Shown here piece after piece: positions 8,204-16,700 of a DNA stretch of 64,000 bases. Numbering within the stretch: the first letter of the stretch is position 1; each line of letters begins with the position of its first letter. This DNA comes from an uncultured Actinomycetota bacterium. Its GTDB lineage: Bacteria; Actinomycetota; Actinomycetes; UBA12327. Under the pieces are notes generated by a model. That model was not told the origin of the DNA. It was given only the letters and a program-made list of their open reading frames with translations, and did no database searches. The DNA lies in contig CAWKKI010000004.1 in assembly GCA_963850215.1 (NCBI GenBank), positions 72,682-136,681 on the forward strand, given 5' to 3'. The translations under genes and the position numbers were made by a program.

Positions 8204-8461
8204 CTACGAGTTGTCGTCGGGAGCGGTGGCGGCAAACCGGCTGCCGTCCTCAACGTGAACCACTTCGTCGTCGCCGATCAGCTTGCGCTTGTCCGGCTTG
8301 ATGAGGGCCAGTTGAAAGTTCAGTTGAATGGCAACACCGAAGGCAATGGCCGCCTCCTTGACCTCGAGCCCCGTCACATGGTGGCCGCTCACTCGAACGG
8401 CCTTCTTGTTGACCAGGATCTCGACCTCCGGCTTCGTTTTTCCTTCGTCGTCCATCGGCAT
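8204..8461 (-). CDS. small beta-grasp ubiquitin-like protein (multiubiquitin-family-like), 85 aa
   Basis: ORF track 8204..8518, trimmed to ATG 8461, which has AAGGAGG 6 nt upstream. KPEVEILVNKKAVRVSGHHVTGLEVKEAA..LIGDDEVVHVEDGSRFAATAPDDNS fits my recollection of the Pfam Multiubiquitin pattern (..I.VNg....e....tg.qi...a......L......i.dde.v.v.dG..F....d.ns). It is the first gene of the Ubl-E2-E1 array. Confidence 0.65.
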   Translation of the reverse strand: MPMDDEGKTKPEVEILVNKKAVRVSGHHVTGLEVKEAAIAFGVAIQLNFQLALIKPDKRKLIGDDEVVHVEDGSRFAATAPDDNS

Positions 8462-8559
8462 GGCGCCGCCTCCTTGATTGCAAATTAGGTAGTTGGTTGC
8501 TAATCTAGGATTCCACATTAGACGGAGAATTGCAACTTCGCAACCCAGGGGGCGCGGCG
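8462..8559. promoter_or_regulatory. 98-nt divergent intergenic region between the Ubl array and the HTH/ImmA pair
   Basis: Low-GC patch. It contains the self-complementary hexamer TTGCAA twice (gATTGCAAat near 8477 and aATTGCAAct near 8527). No promoter can be called with confidence. Confidence 0.3.
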
Positions 8560-8913
8560 GTGCCGAAACGCGGATGGTTTGACGCAGCAGGCTTCTACGA
8601 GGCCCTCGAGGCCGTTCGCCTGACCCGAAAGGTCAATTGGAAGGGCGTGGCCGCCGAGTCTGGGGTTAGCGCATCAACCCTGACGCGCATGGCGCAAGGG
8701 AAGCGGCCCGACGTCGACGGCCTCGCGGCGCTCACAGCCTGGTCTGGGCTGCGCGCCGATGACTTCGTTCGGAGCGACGACCAGATACCGGACCCAGAAC
8801 CTTTGGCGCTGATCACGACGCACCTACGCAGCGACAAGAACCTCAGCCCGGAAGCGGCGGCGGCCCTGGACGAACTCATCAAGGCCACTTACGAACGCCT
8901 GCGCCGGCAGTGA
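8560..8913 (+). CDS. XRE-type HTH regulator (CapH-like), copy A
   Basis: ORF track 8530..8913, trimmed to GTG 8560 by alignment with its paralogue 40226..40603. The HTH is NWKGVAAESGVSASTLTRMAQGKRPDVDGL. By eye it is roughly one third identical to copy B over the full length, including RPDxDG and PEP motifs. Confidence 0.75.
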   Translation: MPKRGWFDAAGFYEALEAVRLTRKVNWKGVAAESGVSASTLTRMAQGKRPDVDGLAALTAWSGLRADDFVRSDDQIPDPEPLALITTHLRSDKNLSPEAAAALDELIKATYERLRRQ

Positions 8914-8917
8914 CCAC

Positions 8918-9478
8918 GTGGCGTATCGATATGGCTTCAAGACCGAGGCCAACACGCTCGCGCTGCAAGTTCGCGACGAGCTGACGATCGGGCCACTTGA
9001 TCAACTCGATCCCCACAGGCTTGCAACACATTTGGCAGTCCCGATCTGGCCCTTGAGCGACTTCCTAGCCACTCACCCTGTCGTTCGTCATCTCTACGAT
9101 TCCGAGTCGGAGGCCTTCTCGGCGGTCACAGTCTTCTGCGGCCCTCACCGAACCATCGTTCACAACGATGCTCACTCACTCGCGCGCCAACACAGCAACC
9201 TTGCACACGAGTTGTCACATGCTTTGCTCCAACACCCGCCCACACCCGCCCTTGACGACGTCGGCTGTCGGAACTGGGACCAGGAGGTCGAGGATGAAGC
9301 CAACTGGTTGGCAGGCGCTCTGCTCGTTTCTGAGCCCTCAACCATCGCCATCGCTCGGGGCGACTGGGGAGACATCGAAAACGCGGCCGCGCGGCTGGGT
9401 GTAAGCAGACAGATGGTCCAGTTCCGGGTCAACGCAACGGGCGCGGTCAAGCGCATCCAACGCATGCGGCGTGGCTAA
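8918..9478 (+). CDS. ImmA/IrrE-family (COG2856) zinc metallopeptidase (CapP-like), copy A
   Basis: ORF track, 186 aa, starting 4 nt after the HTH stop. It has HExxH in NLAHELSHALLQH and a downstream EDEANWLAGALL (E-x-x-A-N..LL), typical of the family. Confidence 0.8.
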   Translation: MAYRYGFKTEANTLALQVRDELTIGPLDQLDPHRLATHLAVPIWPLSDFLATHPVVRHLYDSESEAFSAVTVFCGPHRTIVHNDAHSLARQHSNLAHELSHALLQHPPTPALDDVGCRNWDQEVEDEANWLAGALLVSEPSTIAIARGDWGDIENAAARLGVSRQMVQFRVNATGAVKRIQRMRRG

Positions 9479-9556
9479 GAGGGAATGCCTCGAAGGACCT
9501 GACGGGCAAACGTTGAGAACTCGGCCCACTTCACTGGTTCCAACTTCAACATTCTT

Positions 9557-9569
9557 GTGGAGCTGAGGG
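9557..9569 (+). repeat. 13-nt perfect copy of the tRNA-Ala 3' end (GTGGAGCTGAGGG); candidate left att-type repeat
   Basis: Identical to 50608..50620, which is the antisense of the tRNA acceptor 3' strand plus the start of the T-stem. Same orientation as the tRNA copy. With one indel the match extends to TT(G)GTGGAGCTGAGGG. Confidence 0.4.
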
Positions 9570-9582
9570 TGTCTGGGTTCAG

Positions 9583-9647
9583 GACATAGGCGACGGTTGA
9601 TAGGCGACAGGTGAGTCGCGACATAGGTGACAGTCACGGACTATGTC
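9583..9647 (+). repeat. three direct copies of (GAC)ATAGG(C/T)GAC plus a palindrome overlapping ATG 9643
   Basis: gacataggcgac at 9583, gataggcgac at 9599 and gacataggtgac at 9620. GACATAG..GTGAC-a-GTCAC..CTATGTC (9620..9647) is a nested inverted repeat. Confidence 0.6.
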
Positions 9648-10268
9648 TCGAGCCCGCGTTGCCGTATTGAAAGTCATCTCCGAAGAGCTATCTGTGGTCA
9701 CCGCGGCTGAGTACGGCTATAGCCGTCAGCATCTTCATCGTCTGCTCGCTCGCTACCGTGAGGGGGGCCTTGATGCGGTCGAGCCCCGCTCGCGACGACC
9801 ACAATCGAATCCGACCAGACCAGCGCGACAGTCCGCGAGGCGATCGTGTCGCTGCGGCTGGCGCTGAGTGCCTACCGTCGTTTAGATTTCGACTTTGAGC
9901 CGGTGTCCCGCCCGCAGCGGGCGGCGTGGCGGCCCCGTTCGCGGATGTCCCCCGCTTTGACGGCCAACGTCGTGGCTGCCTACGGATCCGGGGCGACAAC
10001 CCGGCGGGTCGCATCACAGTTCGGCGTGAGCCGACAAACCGTGGTCCGACAACTACGCGCCCACAACGTTCCCGTCCGGCGCACCGAGCCTCTTTCACCA
10101 GCTGCCGTGCAGGAAGTACTGCGGCTCTACGAAAGCGGCTGGTCACTCGCCCGCGTTGGTGAACGCTTCGATCGCTCCGCCAGCGGCGTGCAGCGGATCC
10201 TCATCCCTGCCGGCGTTCCCCGCCGCTCAAGCTCGACTCCCACATCAAGATCCATCGTACGCCCGTGA
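9643..10268 (+). pseudogene. IS481/IS3-type transposase N-terminal HTH remnant, frameshifted and joined to a double-HTH segment; no DDE domain
   Basis: ORF 9643..9867 reads MSRARVAVLKVISEELSVVTAAEYGYSRQHLHRLLARYREGGLDAVEPRSRRPQSNP, the typical transposase HTH plus RSRRP motif. It continues in another frame (..TSATVREAIVSLRLAL..) into ORF 9846..10268, which has two HTH units (ATTRRVASQFGVSRQTVVRQL and LYESGWSLARVGERFDRSASGVQRIL). No catalytic domain follows. Confidence 0.5.
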
Positions 10269-10352
10269 GGCAAACAACCAAAGAGTTCTCTATTGCTGCG
10301 AACGCTTGCGGGCTCGCTCTTCAGCAATCCGCATGAACGCTCGAGCCAACTG

Positions 10353-10388
10353 CTCACACGAAATGGACCGAAATACGGGGCCGGACAC
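10353..10388 (+). repeat. IS-end-like ~36-nt motif, copy B (ctcacacgaaatggaccgaaatacggggccggacac)
   Basis: Related copies lie at 2552..2580, 17796..17833 and 18069..18106. Copy D directly precedes (on the minus strand) the ATG of an IS3 OrfA remnant, as a terminal inverted repeat would. Confidence 0.6.
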
Positions 10389-10445
10389 TACCGTCGTTTA
10401 GATATAAGATTCATTGTTAGCGGGTTGCTGCAAGACCAGTGATCG

Positions 10446-10706
10446 TCAGTCGGCGCTGAGGTTTCGTGAACGCAGGTACAGGAAGACAACTTTCCCGGCG
10501 ACCACAACCATGACACAACCTGCCGCGCACATAATAATTCCCGTCAAGTTCGCCTTGCCTTCAGAAATCATCGGCAGGACTCCAAAAATCACCAAGAGCG
10601 AACCCAGAAAAAGTACAACAAAAACAATCGTCTGATTCAGGTGATTGCTCAGATCAACTGAGTTCAAAGTTCGCCTCATGACTCTCGCTCTCATATCGCT
10701 CGACAT
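10446..10706 (-). CDS. small two-TM protein; immunity candidate for RHS1
   Basis: ORF track, 86 aa. It starts 12 nt after the RHS1 stop. It has two hydrophobic helices (TIVFVVLFLGSLLVIFGVLPMI, GIIMCAAGCVMVVVAGKVVFLYL). GC is visibly lower than in the RHS core. Confidence 0.5.
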   Translation of the reverse strand: MSSDMRARVMRRTLNSVDLSNHLNQTIVFVVLFLGSLLVIFGVLPMISEGKANLTGIIMCAAGCVMVVVAGKVVFLYLRSRNLSAD

Positions 10707-10718
10707 TTTGCAGCCGAC

Positions 10719-13700
10719 TCAGCATCCTGGGGCTCGATATACTCGAAATCGCCCAGCACCCGTTCGATGGCAACCCGGGTTGAAAACAAGACCCGAGCCA
10801 TAGAAATCAACTAAGGTCGCCAGCACGCCCACCGGCCAGTCTACCAAATGGGATCCTACCCTAAATAGCAAGTACTTTGCGAGGCGCCTCTCGCCCAGCT
10901 TTGCTAACGGGATCGTATAATTGCTGCTCTCCCCCAGGAAGTCGTAAATAGCTCGGCGAAAGTGCCTCTGGCCCAACTCAGCAAGACTAGATATCCACGA
11001 ACGATAACTGAAGAAAGAAACGATTCCATGGAGATGGGGGTGGCGTCCCCACACCCCAATGATGCGAGTTGGATTCTTCTCTCCGCCCGGCTCGCGCTCC
11101 GTATATCTGCCACTGATATCATTGTTATTGATTGGATCGTCGGGGTAGTTGTATGCGTTTTCATTTCCACCCACCTCTGGATCAAGTGAAAGAAAACGTC
11201 CCAGTATCGGGTTGTAGAGTCGATCGCCCATCAGGACGATCCCCGCTACCGCGTCGTTCGAGCGCTGCTTGTCACCGAGCCAGCCGTACGGGGACTGCTG
11301 TGTGTCGGTGCCACGAGCGAGACCGAACTCGGTTGATTCGCTGTACGAGTTCGGTCCAACGCAGGAGGGGTCCGCCGCGTTGGCACTGTTGGTGCAGTCG
11401 ATGCCCGCACCTGACGCGAAGTCGAGCGGCACGGTCGCAACGAGGTCACCGTGTGGATTGCTTAACTCGAGTTCTGCGGTGCCGGTGGAGTTGGCTTCGA
11501 TGGCCATGTCCCCGCCGAGATCATCGACGTATTGCTGCCACGTCCAGGTGGACCCCAAGTTGGTGGAGGTGGTGATGTAGGCGGGGGCATCGCCAGCGCC
11601 GTCGAAATAGTTGACGGTGCGGCGGGTCTCGGTGCCGCCGGTGGTGTAGGTGGTTTGGGTGAACCGGTCGGTTGGATCCAAGGCCATGCTCATCGCCGTG
11701 GCACTTCCGCCGGTTCCTGCCGTGATGGTGGCGGACTTGTCGTTGGCGTAGTAGGTGAACGCGGTTGCCGCTCCACCGGTCACGTCGCCGGCGGGTAGGC
11801 CGAGGGTGCGGCCGAGTGCGTCGTAGCTGATGCCGGTGCCGGTGAGCTGGTCGGCAGTGTTGTAACTGTAGGTCGCCGAGGTGGAGTCGGGCGTCGTGGA
11901 GGTCGAGCACGTACCGTCAGAGGCTGGCGGATATTCGGTGTACGCGGTGCGGTTCCCGTCGGCAGCTTGCGCGGAGCTCGATGCGCTAAAGGCGTAGGCG
12001 CGGGTGGTGCAGCCGTTGGCTCCGTCGCTGTCTTGAGTCTGTGTGAGGCGCCCGTCGTTGTCGTAGGTAAACGCTTGTGAGGACTCGGATGAGGACTGGG
12101 AGACCGTCTGTCCGAACTCGTCGCGAGTGATGCTGAAGGTCATCCACGGGGTCGTCACAGGTGGGCTGCCTGCAACAGTCAGGGCGTAGGTTTGAGACGT
12201 GACTGCGCCGTCGGGGTCGATAGTGGACGACCCGACGAGGCCGGTCGGATAGGTCTGGGACACCAGCGTGCCGTCGGCGTTGTAGCTGCCCTTGAACGTG
12301 GCGGTGCCGCCGAGCAGAGCGACCGACTCGGCCGTGACGACCCCACGGTGCTCAGCGTTACCGTTGGAGTCGGTGGCGTTGACGGTGTAGGTCGTCGCAC
12401 CATGCGCGTCGTCACGGGAGGTCAGGTTCCCGTCAATGTCGTAGCCGCTGCTGGTGGTGTTCCCCTGAGCGCTGTAAGAGGTCGTTTCACCGATCGCGTT
12501 GTAGCCAGTCGTGATCGTCCCGGTCGAGTCGGTCACCGTGGTCTGCAGGCCGGTCGAGCTGTCGTAGCCGAGCGTGCGGGTGGGCACTGCTGTGGTCGTG
12601 ATCCCTGATGTGGTGATCGAGGTAGAGACCAGCCGAGCCCCAGCGGAGTTGGCGTCGGTGTAGCCGTTGGTCGTGGTCCGGGTGGTCGACGAACCTGACG
12701 TCTCGGTCTCGGTCAGCACGTGCCCGTACAGGTCGTAGGTGTAGACCGTCGTGGGCAACGTGGAACTACCGCCACTGGACGGTGCGGCCGCCGGACCTTG
12801 CTGACACATCAGCCCGGCCCACTCAATCGCATTGGCGTTGGAGCCAGTCCCGGTCGACCCGCACTCGGGGGCAGCGGTCTCAGGGCCGACCACGTAGTAA
12901 TACGTCCGAGTGGTGCCGGCGTCGCTGCCGTTCGACGCTGGCTGGGAAGTGGCATAGGTGTCCCCGTCGTCGTAGTAGGTCGTCGAGGAGGTGATGTCGT
13001 TACTCGAGGAGGCCCCGCCGACTCCCATACGCACCGTGGTGGAGGTGGGCTGACGCAACGTCCAACCAGTCGCGGTGCCATCCGTTTGGATCGCGCCACT
13101 CGAATTCACATACACGTCGGACCCGCCGTAAGCGGTGACGGTGACCCGTTGATCGGCCGCACCTGGTGCTGCGCCGTTGGCGACGAGTGGGCTCATCGTC
13201 GCTTGTGTCAGCAGGCGGTACGGCCCACCTGAGGGTTCACTGGCGTCGTAGGAGTTGGTGGTCTGCGCCTGCGCGTCTGCCACCCCGGTCGACAGCTGCA
13301 CCTGATGCGTTGGGCCCAGAGTGGAAAGCACCTCGGACTCATCAGCACTGTAGGTCGTTGTCGAGGACAACAGGGCAGCGCGCTGTGCCGACGTGGCGAT
13401 GTCGTTGACGTAGCCATCTCCGGAGGTGGCGTTCAGTGCGTCTGCCCGGTTCTGAGCTGACAGCGACCAGACCGAGTTTCCAGCGAGGTCATAACCGGTG
13501 GAGTTGATGTTCCAACCAGTGGCGCCGCCATTGTTCGCGCTGTTCACGACGCGACCATTGGCGTCGATGTAATCGATCGAGGCGTAGGGCCATTCCGTTG
13601 ACGTCGGCTGCCACGAAGTTGACGAAGCCAGAAATAGTGACGGCGCATGCGATGCCGGAAACACCGCTGTGCCGTACAACGCGTTGTCGCTGGTCTGGTC

Positions 13701-16700
13701 CCACGACGCCGCGGTCGCGGCCGTAACATCGGGTTGGCCCGAACCGCTGAGCCCAACGCCGTACTCAACGACCTGCTCGGCTACCCCGTTGACAGGGTCG
13801 GTGCGCTTAACATCGGCGACCATCCCTGCCTGGTCCGCACCGGTTCCATCGGTCCCGGTGTAGTAGTCGATCGTCCAGGCCGCCTGACCGGGCGGGGTGA
13901 TGGTGAGCAGTCGGCCGCTTGTGGGGTCGTAGGTGTAGCTAGTGACCAATAGCGGCGTTATCCGCGGATCCCGTTCCTGCAGCAGTTGACCCGAGGTGCT
14001 GTAGGCGTAGTCGGCGATGAACGCTCCACTGGCCATCGCCCCCGTGGACGGATCCCAAGCATTCAGTTGGATCGACTTGAGACGGCCGACGAAGTCACCC
14101 GGGGTTCCCGCAGTCGCCGTGGTACTCGTCGCGTAGGTCAGGGTTAGCCCCTGGCAGCCCTGGACCAGCGGCGTTGGGTAGGCGGGACATGTGATGCCGG
14201 CGGGCGTGGGTGCGAGGATCCGGACGACCTGGCCGTTCACGTAGGTATACGACGTGCTCGCCCCGCCGGGTTGCGCGATCGAAGCGACCTCCCACTGCGA
14301 CGTGGATGCGTCCCACGTCCAAGTCGTCACGGTGCCGTCAGTGTCCGTGAGTGTGTCGCTGTATGCGTAGGCCGGTGAGGTCCCGGTCCGCGTGGCGGTG
14401 AGCACTGAGCCGTCATCGGCGTCACCAACGCCATAGAACGTGTACGGGTACGTGGTGTTGCTCGTGTCATACGTGGACACTGACCCGGTCGAGTCGGTCA
14501 ACGTGGCGTAGCCCTTAGAGGCGAAGTCGGCGAGCGTCTCATCGCCCGCACCGGCGTCCACTCCTGGGATATCCGCGACCCAGCCGGGGCCGAAGATCCC
14601 GGTCGCGCCAGATGTGTTCGTCGAGGGCGACAGCGTGGTGAAGGTGCGCCCAACGCTCATACCGAACACGCTCGCGTCGGTGGCGGACACGGCGAAGTCA
14701 CCCGTCACTTCCGACAAGGTCCCCGGACCTAGTTGCGTTGTGGCGGCGGACGCGGAGAAGGTGTGGGTGGCCATCGTCACGTCGGTGGGCGTCGAACAAT
14801 TGGTGAAGGGGCCCGCCGATGTGGTCGCGAAGCAGGCCTCGATCTGCAGTGGTCCGTCCACCGGGTTACCTTTACCCAGCAGCGTCTGCAGCGTGCTCAG
14901 GGCGTTCCATGTCAGTTGCCCGTAGACCCCGCCGGAGGCTGCGTACGGCCACGAACTCAGACCCGTTCCGCCGGGGACCTTCACATCCCCGACCGGGACC
15001 AACGACCACGGGTTACTCGAGGAGCTTTCGACGCCCCGGACGTAGTTGTATTCGACATAGTTGTTTCCAGAGGCCGCCTTGGTGTTCAGCGTCACATCGA
15101 GCTGCGTCGTAGCCGCCTCGGCCGGCGTCACAATCCCACCGGGCCCCGTGCCGAAAGTGAAGGTGCCAGTCGTTTCGTTGCTGGCCCGGTCCAGTGCCTG
15201 CACCGTCAATGTGTGCAAGCCCGCCGGCAAATTGGATAGCACTGACACACTCGTCGCGCTCGAGGTAATCGGCTGCTGACCGTCAATCCAGTACGTGTAC
15301 TTGGTGACATCGCTCGACGTGTCAGACCAGTTGATCGAGCCCGTGGCGCCCTTGCCGACCCAGCCGCCCGACGTGAACGTGGACGAGCTGAAGGTGGGAA
15401 TGGCGGGGGCGGTGTTGTCGGCGTAGAAGTCTTGCCACGCCGTCAAACCCGAGCCCATATAGACCCCGCCCGAGTAGTCCTCAGATTTGACCTGCCACTG
15501 ATAGTGATCGCCATTGATCAATGGACCGGGCACTTGGTAGGCCGATGGACCGCCCGACGCCGCAGTGGTCCCGACCGAGCCGCTCGAGGAACTCACCCAC
15601 GTGGTGGTGCCACCTGTGACGTCCTTGACGTAAAAGCGCCCGTATGCCGATCCACCGTCTTGGTCGGCCACGACCGCCGACAGATCAGGGGCCGACGCCG
15701 TGTAGGTGCCGGTCGCTGGTGACAGCCCTGTCGGCAGCGTCGGGTAATGGTTGTAAGTGATGTAGATCGCCGGAGCTCCCGATCCGATGTCGTCGGAGTA
15801 GAACTGCCGATACCCATATACGTCGGTCTCTTCGGTGTACATCTCCAGCTGGTGCGCGGTGTAGGTGGCATTCGCCCAGTCCTGCGCGGCCGGGGTGATG
15901 GTGATGTTCTGATACGCCTCCCCCGGACACGACGGCCCGTTGTGCACAAACTGCGCCGATCCCACCGTGGTGCCTGCACTGGGGACGTTGGACCAGTCGG
16001 TTGAGGAGTTCCAGGTGGTCGAGGGGATCGACACATTGATCGTCGCTGCGGTCGCCGAGCACGTGGACGAGTAGGAGTTGTAGACCTGCAAATAGGCGGA
16101 GTCGATATAGGTGCCCACGATCGTCGAGGGCACCGGGAACGTGAAGAACGACCGGTACTTCGCCGCAGACCCGTCCTTACCGGTGTACAGGTAGTCCGCC
16201 GAGTCATACGTCGTCGATGGAGTCGCCGAGTCGACATACGTGTCAGCCGTGTCGTGGAAGTTCGTGGACGGGTCAACCGTCACCGGATACGTGACTGAGC
16301 CCGAGAGCAGCGATTCTGCTGGCGATATCAACTGCACCGCCGACGTCATCGCGGTACCGGGCGCAACAACAGACAGGCCAGGGAAAGCGGCAGCCAACGA
16401 GGAGACTGACGGGAGCGAGCCAGGTACGGCAGGCCCTGCCGTGCCCACAGAGATTGAGGCTGACGGGCTCGGCGCGGCCGAAGAACTGGTTGCCGTGCTG
16501 ACACTTGGCGAACTGCTCGGGCTCGGCGATGCCGACGGAGTCGCTGAACTCACCGGGGTCGCTGCCACTGGGATGGACGAGGACGCACTGACGGTGCTTA
16601 CCGAGCCAGTCGCTAACCCTTGAGCCACCGCACCAGCAACAAGCGGATCCCCCGCCGCCGCACCGTCCGCACCGAACACCGCACCGGGTGACCCCGACGC

